In this document: positions 22,356 through 36,493 of the stretch, in pieces
Layout: the number at the start of each line of letters is the position of its first letter
How positions within the stretch are numbered: the first letter of the stretch is position 1
Made by a program: the position numbers and the translations under genes
Source of the DNA: Flectonema sp. DT1601
Taxonomy: Eukaryota
DNA length: 64,000 nucleotides
Assembly (NCBI GenBank): GCA_964019425.1
Contig: OZ025784.1
Coordinates: 744,001 to 808,000, forward strand
Direction: 5' to 3'
The notes under the pieces: generated by a model
What the model was told of the DNA's origin: nothing
The model's database searches: none
Seen by the model: the letters and a program-made list of their open reading frames with translations, nothing else

Positions 22356-23750
22356 TGTATATAGGTGTTGTAAACTGAATTAAATGATAATTTGGTGATA
22401 TTTTGTTCTGAAATAATGTACACACAAGAACAGTTACAGAAGTAATTATTTGCTACTGAAACATGCTGCAGATATGAATAAGAATATAAAAAGTAAAAAC
22501 TTTGATGGGGATTCTTACTTTGGTATAAACATTACCTATTTAACACAGAAGTCCTATAAACTTATTACTGTAATCAACTTCTTTGATTATTATTATTAAC
22601 CTGAGAAAAGAAAAAAAGAATAAATACCAAACGATAACACTCTCGACAACAAAATAGATATCTGAAAATCATGTTTGATCTCTCTGACTTCGAAAATATG
22701 AACACTCAATAGATGGCTGTTATCGCTTTAGTTGGGTCAGGCCAACCGACTACGGTAGTGGCACCGCAATGCCCCTGTTTCGTAATATTGCAACCCTCAT
22801 AAGTCATTTGAATCGAGTGCTTTTTATTTTTGTATGACACGAGGCTGGACTTGCACTGGGAGTCACTTTGAGCATACAACCGGATTTTACCAGTTTTATC
22901 TAATTGCTGAACAACTAAACTATTATTGTTGTTGATCTCAAACTATAATTGAAGCTGATGGTGTTAGATAATTTATAATGTCATGTGTGGTAGTTGAATA
23001 AGAGACAAAGAGAGATGTTACAGTAGATTACTTAATTCGAACCAGTACGATACATTCTGTTCTCGTTGTCTTTCATAAACATATGACTACCAACAGTCTG
23101 CATAGTCTGGTGTTTGAATTTGACGAGAGTCTCTACTTAACCCACATGTTGACACCAATCTAGTATATTCTATACAACGGTACCATTTGCGGTTATCTTT
23201 ATACGCTTGAACATCTTGAGAATGTCATTTCCCAATGCCACATGTTCTCCAGCTCTGAGTTGACAAATACCCACAATGTGAATACAAAGCTGTTGTGTTT
23301 ATTCAATGTCTGTGTTAGTGATCGTTGTACCCTTTTGAACCATCGATGATGAAGTAATCATATCCGCTATTCGATGTATCGCATTGAAGCTTCCGACTTA
23401 GATGAATGATTGAATTTACCATCCTTTTTATTACATTCCGTCTAAGCGTTTATGATATTCTTGCAAATGCACCACATCTTACATGTTTCTGACGTAATTC
23501 ATTCACTCTTCATAGCTGTGTTACCAACCTCAATCCTCTGATAGTTATTCATTCCAATTGTTCTCTTCATCTTTTATTGAGGCGATCGGCAGGGTGGAGG
23601 TGTTCACGATTTTTCACTTTGCTACACGAAAATTCATGATTTTTCACGATTTTTCACTTAATTTTTTGCTGCTTTCTGGTAGTGAAATCCACTTACTATT
23701 TTCCGTCCTGGTCAAGACGCTAAACTGATTGTTTTTTTTAAAAATAAATA

Positions 23751-23784
<34 letters not shown>

Positions 23785-24665
23785 ATAAACAATGTTATCA
23801 TTGTTTTTTTATCGATCGACTATGTCGATTACTTTCTATTTTCCGTCCTGGTCAAGACACTAAACTGATTGTTTTTTTTTAAAATAAATAAAAAAGAATA
23901 AAAAAAAATAAAAAAAAAAGAATAAACAATGTTATCATTGTTTTTTTATCGATCGACTATGTCGATTACTTTCTATTTTCCGTCCTGGTCAAGACACTAA
24001 ACTGATTGTTTTTTTTTTCAAAATCAATAAAAAAGAATATAAAAAAAAATTAAAAAAAAGAATAAACAATGTTATCATTGTTTTTTTATCGATCGACTAT
24101 GTCGATTACTTTCTATTTTCCGTCCTGGTCAAGACACTAAACTGATTGTTTTTTTTTAAAATAAATAAAAAAGAATAAAAAAAAATAAAAAAAAAAGAAT
24201 AAACAATGTTATCGTTTTTTTTTATCGATCGACTGTGTCGATTACTTTCTATTTTCCGTCCTGGTCAAGACGCTAAACTGATTGTTTTTTTTTTCAAAAT
24301 CAATAAAAAAGAATATAAAAAAAAATTAAAAAAAAGAATAAACAATGTTATCATTGTTTTTTTTATCGTTCGACTTTGTCGACTAATTTCTATTTTCCGT
24401 TTTTTTCTTTAATTAATAAAAAGAATTTAAAAAAAAAAGAATAAACAATGTTATCATTGTTTTTTTATCGATCGACTATGTCGATTACTTTCTATTTTCC
24501 GTCCTGGTCAAGACGCTAAACTGATTGTTTTTTTTTTTCAAAATTAATAAAAAAGAATATAAAAAAAAAATAAAAAAAAGGAATAAACAATGTTATCATT
24601 GTTTTTTTTTATCGTTCGACTTTGTCGACTAATTTCTATTTTCCGTTTCTTTTCTTTAAAAAATA

Positions 24666-26402
24666 CCGTAATTATAAATATCATGGTGTATAAAAAGTCT
24701 CCAAATCAGCAAAAAATGGCCAAATCCACCATCTTTATTATATCCAAAGTTTTTTTAGTACAATCATTCACAGAAAACACTTAGCAAAATTCGGATTCCA
24801 GAAGAAAAAAAAACTTTTTTTTTTGACCTTTTTCTTTTGACTTTGGTACTAAATTATCGACATTTTGAACTGGTTAAAGTTCTACAGGCTGGTCTTGTGT
24901 ACCAACCTGGTGGATTGATAACTATGCTTCCAGATACATATCAGGACAACATATCCACAAATAACGTTATTGGTAGCTGGTTGCACACCAGTCTTAATGA
25001 ATGATGTCAAAATTCCTAAAAGCAGCAAGTAGTAGTCTAGACGAGGCCAACTACAACTAAGGAGTTCTTCTCCAATCGTTGTAATACACCGAGGTATGAG
25101 GTGCGGTATTAAGAAACATGAACTCATGTTCACAACTACAGACTTCAGGAGCTCGGGTGGATTTGCAGGATTGACAATACCTGCTTTTATAAAACCAGCC
25201 GTGATAGTATTTTTCGTAATACTATCACGGGCTGTCACTATCCACCCAATTTGCGACTTCGTTTTTGTGAGACCATTTTGACATGGGTTCGGATTCAGGA
25301 GATCCCTTTGGACCCTTCCCTTTCGCAGCGCGCTTTAAAGTTTCTATCAGCTTTTTGCTTTGATTTTTTCAACTTTTCCTCCCGCTTGCGCATCTGCTCT
25401 GTCATCCACTCACCAAGAAAGCTTGATGCTTCTTTGAAGTTGGCCATGACAGTTAGATCCAGCGGCCGGAGATGAGAAGTCCATCCGCCTTGCACCAGTA
25501 TAACCGTGATATTGGCTTCTTCAAATCGACGAAGGACTTCTTCAGTTATCTGCCCCCTAAACTGGGCATATACTGCGAGGCCAGGGTGATCCGATTGGAG
25601 TGTTTTTTAGTTAGTTTAGATCCGATTGGAGCGTTTCTTAATAAAGTATGGGATTATTGCTCCAGAAACCTTGACCGAGCTGATAGGAGTTCTGCTTCAG
25701 GCTTTCGCAGCGGTTCCAAGACGGTATCCAACCCTTCCGTTCCAGGAACTTGTAGGTCCATGTTGCTTGTAGGGAACCGGAATCCACGCGTTCCGGCGTA
25801 TCACCTGTGCTTGAAACCAGAGAAGAGAAGCAAACACAGAGCCACCATAGGCACGGATATTCTCAATTAAATCGAGCACCCGCTTCCTCATCAGTGGTTA
25901 AGATGGTTGGTCTCCCAGATTTCACCTGCCCTTCTAGTGGTTCTCCCTTTGTCTTCCTCTTTTGTTCCTCAACCAAGAGCTTCATTGCCCTGCCTGCACT
26001 GTTGATCTCTTCTTATGGTCCGTGTTGAAGTATGCAATCGCCCTTGACACATTGGTGGCAGAGTTCACCATCTCACCAACGTTAAGCAACTCCCCCCTTG
26101 ACCACTTCTCATAGCAGCGAGACGTTTGTGCTCTTTTACCCGCTCCTCTTTCTTTATCAAACCCAGCTCCACCTTGCTTACCGACGTCTTCAGGGGTTCA
26201 AAAGGATCCCGTTTTTTCAAAAAATTCCGCATAGTGTGAAAAATTTCATCCCCAAAAACTACCATTTTACAGTCAAAATGTGTACTTTCATACTTTTTTA
26301 TAAAAATCCACCAAGTTTTTTTTCCGAGAATCCACCATCTTTTTTATATCCAAAGTTGTCATACTCCAAATTTTTTATACACCGTGATATTTATAATTAC
26401 AG
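24666..26402 (-). mobile_element. Pogo/Tigger-like (Tc1-mariner superfamily) DNA transposon relic
   Basis: TIRs CCGTAATTATAAATATCATGGTGTATAAAAA / TTTTTATACACCGTGATATTTATAATTACAG, flanked by TA at 24664-24665 and 26403-26404; the satellite unit resumes in register after it. Confidence 0.85.
25150..26060 (-). pseudogene. Frameshifted pogo-like DDE transposase
   Basis: Minus-strand fragments: GRPTILTTDEE (HTH region), WTSHLRPLDLTVMANFK (matches the pogo DDE_1 T-x-x-LQPLD-x-x-V-x-x-x-FK motif) and ITKNTITAGFIKAGI (pogo C-terminal motif), broken across frames. Confidence 0.75.
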
Positions 26403-26977
26403 TAAATAAAAAGAATTTAAAATAAAAAAAAGAATAAACAATGTTATCATTGTTTTTTTATCGATCGACTATGTCGATCACTTTCTATTTTCCGTCCTGG
26501 TCAAGACGCTAAACTGATTGTTTTTTTTTCAAAATTAATAAAAAAGAATATAAAAAAAATAAAAAAAAAAGAATAAACAATGTTATCATTGTTTTTTTTT
26601 TATCGTTCGACTTTGTTGACTAATTTCTATTTTCCGTTTTTTTTCTTTTTAAAAAATAAATAAAAAGAATTTTAAAAAAAAAAAAAAGAATAAACAATGT
26701 TATCATTGTTTTTTTTTCTATCGATCGACTATGTCGATTAATTTCTATTTTCCGTCCTGATCGAGACGCTAAACTGATTGTTTCCTTTTTTTTAAATAAT
26801 AAATTAAAAAAAAAAAAAAATATAAAAAAAAAAAAAAAAAAAGAGCATCTCCCTGCTATCCCTCATATCCCCACAATAATATTATACCTTTTCATTTTCT
26901 CTTTCCTTTTCTGGTCTTTTTTTTTTTTTTTTTTTTTTTCCTTTTTCATACAACGTTTTTTTTATTTATATATATAT

Positions 26978-28268
26978 CAGTCATTCCTTTTTTTTGCGAA
27001 CGGATTCTGGATACTGAAAATTTTTTTCAAAAAGAAATTGTAAAAATTTCGATCGAAGCGGCATTTTAATGCGCTGCATCGTTCGGTTCATTTCCGTCCG
27101 AAATCGGGAGGTTGGCATCACATACTTGTCTCCCGAATTGAGAAAAGAGATTTTGTGGTTTACTAAATCAGCTCAGCCGTGGACAAGTACCAAAACTAAA
27201 AATTAATCGAAGGGTCTAATTTTATACTGCTGACCCAGCGGGATTCAGAGAAAAAATAATCGAGCAAAAATATATTAAAGAGTACTCAGCATGTGCCGGT
27301 GAGGCAGATTTTACTAACTGTCTTTTTGGACCTACTTTGATACTTAATGAAAACATTTTCTTTATATTACATAATTGCTACTAGGGTTGATTAGTTAGCA
27401 AAAAGGTGCATATCTCCTGAGTTCGGGAGAAGGAAAAAAAAATAGTAAACAAAAAAAATTAGGGGTGTTTTTTACTCAGATTTTCTCGATCTTTCCATTC
27501 CAGGTCTGGGATTAATATTTATCATTGAGTAGTACCAAGGAAATCTTGCAAAGAGACGTTTATCTCTTTTTAGCAGCACTTACCATGTTTAAAAGTATAT
27601 CCCTATGCCTAATTTTACAGATCGCACCCTCCCCGATTCCAAAAAATAAAAAATCGAGCAAAAGTAACATATCGTGTAACCTTGCTCAGGCGGTGAGAAA
27701 ATGGTGTTTTTTGTTCGCAAAAAGGATTTTTTTTTTTTTTTTTCGATAAAGTGGGAAGTAACGGACTGGGAGCTTTTGGCTCCTGCCCTATTCCCGATGT
27801 AAACTTTCTTTTTATTTTTTATTTTTTTTTAACAGGCCCAAAGGGCGACAATGATGGTTGCTGACCAAGGAATAATATTCAAATGAATTTTCGTTTCAAA
27901 GAAACGAACAGAATTGAGAGAGAGGCAGAGAAAAAAAAAAAAAAAAAAAAAAAGAAAGAATAGAAAAAGAAAAATATGAAGAGGAAATAATCAAACATGA
28001 AAAAAAAAAAAAAAAAAAAATATAAATAAAAAACGTTGTATGAAAAAGGAAAAAAAGAAAAAAAAAAGACCAGAAAAGGAAAGAGAAAATGAAAAGGTAT
28101 AATATTATTGTGGGGATATGAGGATAGCAGGGAGATGCTCTTTTTTTTTTTTTTTTTTTATTATTTAAAAAAAGGAAACAATCAGTTTAGCGTCTCGATC
28201 AGGACGGAAAATAGAAATTAATCGACATAGTCGATCGATAGAAAAAAAAAAATGATAACATTGTTTAT

Positions 28269-28301
<33 letters not shown>

Positions 28302-28676
28302 CTTTTAATTATTTTAAAGAAAAAACAATCAGTTTAGCGTCTTGACCAGGACGGAAAATAGAAAGTAATCGACATAGTCGATCGATAAAAAAAAAACAAT
28401 GATAACATTGTTTATTCCTTTTTTTTTTTTTTTTTTTTTAACCTTTTAATTATTTTTTAAAGAAAAAACAATCAGTTTAGCGTCTTGACCAGGACGGAAA
28501 ATAGAAAGTGATCGACATAGTCGATCGATAAAAAAACAATGATAACATTGTTTATTCTTTTTTTTTTTTTTTTTTTTTAAATTCTTTTTATTTATTTTAA
28601 AGAAAAAAAAACGGAAAATAAAAATTAGTCGACAAAGTCGAACGATAAAAAAAAAACAATGATAACATTGATTAAT

Positions 28677-28709
<33 letters not shown>

Positions 28710-29530
28710 TTTTAATTATTTTTTAAAGAAAAAAACAATCAGTTTAGCGTCTTGACCAGGACGGAAAATAGAAAGTGATCGACATAGTCGATCGATAAAA
28801 AAACAATGATAACATTGTTTATTCTTTTTGTTTTTGTTTTTTTTTTTTTATATTCTTTTTTATTAATTTTGAAAAAAAAAACAATCAGTTTAGCGTCTTG
28901 ACCAGGACGGAAAATAGAAAGTGATCGACATAGTCGATCGATAAAAAAACAATGATAACATTGTTTATTCTTTTTGTTTTTGTTTTTTTTTTTTTATATT
29001 CTTTTTTATTAATTTTGAAAAAAAAAACAATCAGTTTAGCGTCTTGACCAGGACGGAAAATAGAAAGTAATCGACATAGTCGATCGATGAAAAAAAAACA
29101 ATGATAACATTGTTTATTCTTTTTTTTTTTTTTTTTTTTTTAAATTCTTTTTATTTATTTTTTAAAAAGAAAAAAAAAAACGGAAAATAGAAATTAGTCA
29201 ACAAAGTCGAACAATAAAAAAAAAAACAATGATAACATTGTTTATTCTTTTTTTTTTATTTTTTTTTTATATTCTTTTTATTAATTTTGAAAAAAAAAAC
29301 AATCAGTTTAGCGTCTTGACCAGGACGGAAAATAGAAAGTGATCGACATAGTCGATCGATAAAAAAAAACAATGATAACATTGTTTATTCTTTTTTTTTT
29401 ATTTTTTTTTGTATTCTTTTTTATTAATTTTGAAAAAAAACAATCAGTTTAACGTCTTGACCAGGACGGAAAATAGAAAGTGATCGACATAGTCGATCGA
29501 AAAAAAAAAACAATGATAACATTGTTTATT

Positions 29531-29564
<34 letters not shown>

Positions 29565-29676
29565 CTTTTTATTATTTTTAAAGAAAAAACAATCAGTTTA
29601 GCGTCTTGACCAGGACGAAAAATAGAAAGTGATCGACATAGTCGATCGATAAAAAAACAATGATAACATTGTTTAT

Positions 29677-29709
<33 letters not shown>

Positions 29710-30552
29710 CTTCTTATTATTTTTTAAAGAAAAAACAATCAGTTTAGCGTCTTGACCAGGACGGAAAATAGAAAGTAATCGACATAGTCGATCGATAAAA
29801 TAAAAACAATGATAACATTGTTTATTCCTTTTTTCTTTTTTTTTTTATTCTTTTTATTAATTTTAAAGAAAAAACAATCAGTTTAGCGTCCTGACCAGGA
29901 CGAAAAATAGAAAGTGATCGACATAGTCGATCGATAAAAAAACAATGATAACATTGTTTATTCTTTTTTTTTTGTTTTTTTTTTTTATTCTTTTTATTTA
30001 TTTTTTAAAGAAAAAACAATCAGTTTAGCGTCTTGACCAGGACGGAAAATAGAAATTAGTCGACAAAGTCAATCGATAACAAAACAATGATAACATTGTT
30101 TATTCTTTTTTTTTTTTTTTTTTTTTTTATTCTTTTTATTTATTTTTTAAAGAAAAAACAATCAGTTTAGCGTCCTGACCAGGACGGAAAATAGAAAGTA
30201 ATCGACATAGTCGATCGATAAAAAAAAACAATGATAACATTGTTTAATCTTTTTTTTTTTTTTTTTTTTTTTATTCTTTTTATTTATTTAGAAAAAACAA
30301 TCAGTTTAGCGTCTTGACCGGGACGGAAAATAGAAATTAGTCGACAAAGTCGATCGATAAAAAAACAATGATAACATTGTTTATTCTTTTTTTTTTTTTT
30401 TTTTTTTTTAAATTCTTTTTATTTATTTTTTAAGAAAAAAAACGGAAAATAGAAATTAGTCGACAAAGTCGAACGATAAAAAAACAATGATAACATTGTT
30501 TATTCTTTTTTTATTTTTTTTTTTTATAATCTTTTTTATTAAGGAATGACTG
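26978..30552. mobile_element. Non-autonomous TIR element (~756 bp without its nested insert) in a (TA)n tract
   Basis: Left end CAGTCATTCCTTTTTTTTGCGAAC. Right end GTTCGCAAAAAGGA[copy B]AAGGAATGACTG. ATAT on both flanks; no ORF. Confidence 0.75.
27727..30540 (-). mobile_element. Retrotransposon 3'-tail copy B (cap plus satellite), with short poly(A)
   Basis: Reverse-complement cap 27743-28140 preceded by a T-run, satellite 28141-30540; AAGGA on both flanks (27722-27726, 30541-30545). Confidence 0.8.
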
Positions 30553-30884
30553 ATATATTTTTTTTTTTTTTTTTTTTTCATGTTTGATTATTTCCTCTTC
30601 ATATTTTTTTTCTTTTTTTCTTTTCTTTCTTTTTTTTCTTTTTTTTCTCTGCCTCTCTCTTAATTCTGTTCGTTTCTTTGAAACGAAAATTCATTTGAAT
30701 ATTATTCCTTGGTCAGCAACCATCATTGTCGCCCTTTGGGCCTGTTAAAAAAAATAAAAAATAAAAAGAAAGTTTACATCGGGAATAGGGCAGGAGCCAA
30801 AAGCTCCCAGTCCGTTACTTCCCACTTTATCGAAATTCTCGTGCATATTATATATTCGGCGTGAGTGGTACTGTTATTAGGACC

Positions 30885-33390
30885 GAGTTGAGTTTACCAG
30901 GTGAGATTTGGACTGTTAGCTTTTGGCTAAGGCCCTCCCTGAAGAGCAAGAACAAAAAAACTACTCACACCTGAAGAAAACATACACAAAGAACACACTG
31001 TAAGCTGTGTGTGTATTTTGTGTTTGTCACAACAGGAGAGAAAAGAAAGAATGTCAAGGTTGGTCACCTTGCCTATCAACGCACAACATTGGTGGTCTCT
31101 ACTAGACCCTGAGTGATCCCACTGGATCTCTCATCGTTCATAGTACCCTGTGTGAAGTTATAAAATCAAAGGTAAACTATGAACTACAAATGACTTAGCC
31201 TGTTATTATAATGCCACAGGCAGGCCCTGCATTCAGCAACTATCCAGCAGTGCTTGGATGTCCTGATCTTCTTCTAAAAAAAAGAAAGAAAAACAAAACT
31301 GTAGCTGGGATCACTCAGGATCAACAGACTACCAATGCTACCTGTTGTACTTGCTCACTATGGGGGGTGATGCCAAACACCCAGAAGTACTTAACTACTT
31401 TCCTTCTTGCTGCCCAGGAGTTTCTGACCAGAACTAATAGAAAATAAAAAGTAGATGGGAAATAATAAAAAGTAAAATGAATATAACTGAAGTTAAACAA
31501 GACAAATGAGGTAACAGACCAGAACAGATAGAGAATAAAAATAAAAGATATAGGCAAGAATGATTGTAGTGAAAGATTACAAATAAAAAAAATGCAAGAT
31601 CAACACATGATCAAGATACACCAGCAGCTAACAAACAACATAAAATTGAAGATCAGTTGCCAGAGTATTTCAACCATGGTAGAATACTCGCCCCTCTGGC
31701 AGGGATTATCCCAGACTTGTCCTTTAATCTAGTTGGACACCATGGCTTACAACCCTTCCAGAGGGAAGCACCATTATGACTTCTATTTTTTTTCTTCAAG
31801 AAAATCATAAGGTGGGAACAAAGAAAAATGCTAAGAGGAACCCCTTATTAACACCTAAGACATCTAAACTGCAGCCCAGCTTATGCCCAATGCACTAACA
31901 GGTCATTCCCTCACACTCAGATCAAAAAATCAAAGTTCAGAGTGCATCTTAGCGTGAATGAGAGAATTTCCTCCCGCTTTTTTTGAACAAAAGGGATAGG
32001 AGAAGGGATAGAAAACGAACATAACAATAAGATTCTAAGTGAGGAACACTTAGCAGAAATACTTAGCAGCTTTTAAGGAGCTGAAAAGCAAAAAAAAAAT
32101 CTAAGTGAGAAACACTTAGTAGAAACACTTTGTAGCTAATTGAGCTGAAAATAAAAAAATAAAAAATTTTCTAAGTGAGAGATACTTAGCAACTTTTAGA
32201 ACAAATATTTCAGTAAATAACCTGTTGAAATGGTAGTTAATGTAACCATTACAGGTTTGATGCCAATACTGACAAAGACTGAGTTGAGTTTACCAGGTGA
32301 GATTTGGACTGTTAGCTTTTGGCTAAGGCCCTCCCTGAAGAGCAAGAACAAAAAAACTACTCACACCTGAAGAAAACATACACAAAGAACACACTGTAAG
32401 CTGTGTGTGTATTTTGTGTTTGTCACAACAGGAGAGAAAAGAAAGAATGTCAAGGTTGGTCACCTTGCCTATCAACGCACAACATTGGTGGTCTCTACTA
32501 GACCCTGAGTGATCCCACTGGATCTCTCATCGTTCATAGTACCCTGTGTGAAGTTATAAAATCAAAGGTAAACTATGAACTACAAATGACTTAGCCTGTT
32601 ATTATAATGCCACAGGCAGGCCCTGCATTCAGCAACTATCCAGCAGTGCTTGGATGTCCTGATCTTCTTCTAAAAAAAAGAAAGAAAAACAAAACTGTAG
32701 CTGGGATCACTCAGGATCAACAGACTACCAATGCTACCTGTTGTACTTGCTCACTATGGGGGGTGATGCCAAACACCCAGAAGTACTTAACTACTTTCCT
32801 TCTTGCTGCCCAGGAGTTTCTGACCAGAACTAATAGAAAATAAAAAGTAGATGGGAAATAATAAAAAGTAAAATGAATATAACTGAAGTTAAACAAGACA
32901 AATGAGGTAACAGACCAGAACAGATAGAGAATAAAAATAAAAGATATAGGCAAGAATGATTGTAGTGAAAGATTACAAATAAAAAAAATGCAAGATCAAC
33001 ACATGATCAAGATACACCAGCAGCTAACAAACAACATAAAATTGAAGATCAGTTGCCAGAGTATTTCAACCATGGTAGAATACTCGCCCCTCTGGCAGGG
33101 ATTATCCCAGACTTGTCCTTTAATCTAGTTGGACACCATGGCTTACAACCCTTCCAGAGGGAAGCACCATTATGACTTCTATTTTTTTTCTTCAAGAAAA
33201 TCATAAGGTGGGAACAAAGAAAAATGCTAAGAGGAACCCCTTATTAACACCTAAGACATCTAAACTGCAGCCCAGCTTATGCCCAATGCACTAACAGGTC
33301 ATTCCCTCACACTCAGATCAAAAAATCAAAGTTCAGAGTGCATCTTAGCGTGAATGAGAGAATTTCCTCCCGCTTTTTTTGAACAAAAGG
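30885..33390. repeat. 1396-bp tandem repeat, unit 1 and first 1110 bp of unit 2
   Basis: GAGTTGAGTTTACCAGGTGAG at 30885 and 32281; identical small ORFs offset by 1396. Confidence 0.9.
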
Positions 33391-33788
33391 CTGAATTTCG
33401 AAAAGGTGGGAAGTAACGGACTGGGAGCTTTTGGCTCCTGCCCTATTCCCGATGTAAACTTTCTTTTTATTTTTTTTTTTTTTTAACAGGCCCAAAGGGC
33501 GACAATGATGGTTGCTGACCAAGGAATAATATTCAAATGAATTTTCGTTTCAAAGAAACGAACAGAATTAAGAGAGAGGTAGAGAAAAAAAAAAAAAAAA
33601 AAAAAAAGAAAGAATAGAAAAAAAATATGAAGAGGAAATAATCAAACATGAAAAAAAAAAAAAAAAATAAAATATAAATAAAAAACGTTGTATGAAAAAG
33701 GAAAAAAAGAAAAAAAAAAGACCAGAAAAGGAAAGAGAAAATGAAAAGGTATAATATTATTGTGGGGATATGAGGATAGCAGGGAGAT

Positions 33789-33827
<39 letters not shown>

Positions 33828-34651
33828 TTATTATTTAAAAAAGGGAAACAATCAGTTTAGCGTCTCGATCAGGACGGAAAATAGAAATTAATCGACATAG
33901 TCGATCGATAGAAAAAAAACAATGATAACATTGTTTATTCTTTTTTTTTTTTTTTTTTTTTTATTTATTATTTAAAAAAGGGAAACAATCAGTTTAGCGT
34001 CTCGATCAGGACGGAAAATAGAAATTAATCGACATAGTCGATCGATAGAAAAAAAACAATGATAACATTGTTTATTCTTTTTTTTTTTTTTTTTTTTTTT
34101 ATTCTTTTTATTTATTTTTAAAGAAAAAACAATCAGTTTAGCGTCCTGACCAGGACGGAAAATTGAAAGTGATCGACATAGTCGATCGATAGAAAAAAAA
34201 CAATGATAACATTGTTTATTCCTTTTTTTTTTTTTTTTTTTTTTTATTCTTTTTATTTATTTTTAAAGAAGAAACAATCAGTTTAGCGACCTGACCAGGA
34301 CGGAAAATTGAAAGTGATCGACATAGTCGATCGATAGAAAAAAAACAATGATAACATTGTTTATTCTTTTTTTTTTTTTTTTTTTTTTTTAAATCCTTTT
34401 AATTATTTTAAAGAAAAAACAATCAGTTTAGCGTCTTGACCAGGGCGGAAAATAGAAAGTAATCGACATAGTCGATCGATAAAAAAAAAACAATGATAAC
34501 ATTGTTTATTCCTTTTTTTTTTTTTTTTTTTTTTTATTCTTTTTATTTATTTTTAAAGAAAAAACAATCAGTTTAGCGTCCTGACCAGGACGGAAAATTG
34601 GAAGTGATCGACATAGTCGATCGATAAAAAAACAATGATAACATTGTTTAT

Positions 34652-34686
<35 letters not shown>

Positions 34687-34798
34687 CTTTTAATTATTTT
34701 TTAAAGAAAAAACAATCAGTTTAGCGTCTTGACCAGGACGGAAAATAGAAAGTGATCGACATAGTCGATCGATAAAAAACAATGATAACATTGTTTAT

Positions 34799-34837
<39 letters not shown>

Positions 34838-35475
34838 CCTTTTTATTATTTTAAAGAAAAAACAATCAGTTTAGCGTCTTGACCAGGACGGAAAATAGAA
34901 AGTGATCGACATAGTCGATCGATAAAAAAAAAACAATGATAACATTGTTTATTCTTTTATTTTTTTTTTTTTTTAAATTCTTTTTATTTATTTTTAAAGA
35001 AAAAAAAACGGAAAATAAAAATTAGTCGACAAAGTCGAACGATAAAAAAAAAACAATGATAACATTGTTTATTCTTTTTTTTTTTTGTTTTTTTTTATTC
35101 TTTTTTATTAATTTTGAAAAAAAAACAATCAGTTTAGCGTCTTGACTAGGACGGAAAATAGAAAGTAATCGACATAGTCGATCGATAAAAAAAAACAATG
35201 ATAACATTGTTTACTCTTTTTTTTTTTTTTTTTAAATTCTTTTTATTTTAAAAAGAAAAAAAACGGAAAATAGAAATTAGTCGACAAAGTCGAACGATAA
35301 AAAAAAAACAATGATAACATTGTTTATTCTTTTTTTTTTATTTTTTTTTTTTTAATATTCTTTTTTATTAATTTTGAAAAAAAAACAATCAGTTTAGCGT
35401 CTTGACCAGGACGGAAAATAGAAAGTGATCGACATAGTCGATCGATAAAAAAAAAACAATGATAACATTGTTTAT

Positions 35476-35512
<37 letters not shown>

Positions 35513-35884
35513 CTTTTTTTTTTTTTAAAGAAAAAACAATCAGTTTAGCGTCTTGACCAGGACGGAAAATAGAAAGTAATCGACATAGTCGATCGATAAA
35601 AAAAACAATGATAACATTGTTTATTCTTTTTTTTTTTTTTTTAAATCTTTTTATTTATTTTTTAAAAAGAAAAAAAAAAAAACGGAAAATAGAAATTAGT
35701 CAACAACGTCGAACGATAAAAAAAAAACAATGATAACATTGTTTATTCTTTTTTTTTATTTTTTTTTGTATTCTTTTTTATTAATTTTGAAAAAAAACAA
35801 TCAGTTTTGCGTCTTGACCAGGACGGAAAATAGAAAGTGATCGACATAGTCGATCGATAAAAAAACAATGATAACATTGTTTAT

Positions 35885-35921
<37 letters not shown>

Positions 35922-36317
35922 CTTTTTATTATTTTTAAAGAAAAAACAATCAGTTTAGCGTCTTGACCAGGACGAAAAATAGAAAGTGATCGACATAGTC
36001 GATCGATAAAATAAAACAATGATAACATTGTTTATTCTTTTTTTTTTTTTTTTTTTTTTTTTAAATCCTTCTTTTTATTTTTTAGAGAAAAAACAATCAG
36101 TTTAGCGTCTTGACCAGGACGGAAAATAGAAAGTAATCGACATAGTCGATCGATAAAATAAAAACAATGATAACATTGTTTATTCCTTTTTTTTTTTTTT
36201 TTATTCTTTTTATTTATTTTTAAAGAAAAAACAATCAGTTTAGCGTCCTGACCAGGACGGGAAATAGAAAGTGATCGACATAGTCGATCGATAAAAAAAC
36301 AATGATAACATTGTTTA

Positions 36318-36348
<31 letters not shown>

Positions 36349-36462
36349 TTCTTTTTATTTATTTTTTAAAGAAAAAACATCAGTTTAGCGTCTTGACCAG
36401 GACGGAAAATAGAAATTAGTCGACAAAGTCGATCGATAACAAAACAATGATAACATTGTTTA

Positions 36463-36493
<31 letters not shown>

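Larger units (their letters stand above)
1..22535 (-). repeat. Head-to-tail tandem gene array (gene plus 996-bp spacer)
   Basis: Spacers 7530-8525 and 14637-15632 are near-identical; 1-398 equals 8128-8525; similarity upstream of copy 3 decays after about 22535. Confidence 0.9.
23696..30838 (+). mobile_element. Retrotransposon 3'-tail copy A (satellite array plus terminal cap), interrupted by three nested elements
   Basis: ~120-bp satellite 23696-26842. The cap GAGCATCTCCCTGC...TTTATCGAAATTC is split at a (TA)n tract into 26843-26977 and 30553-30838. Confidence 0.8.

Noticed and set aside
23589..23695. CAGGGTGG start with short TTCACGATTTTTCAC repeats as a possible transposon end
   Set aside because: No matching opposite terminus or TSD found in the window.
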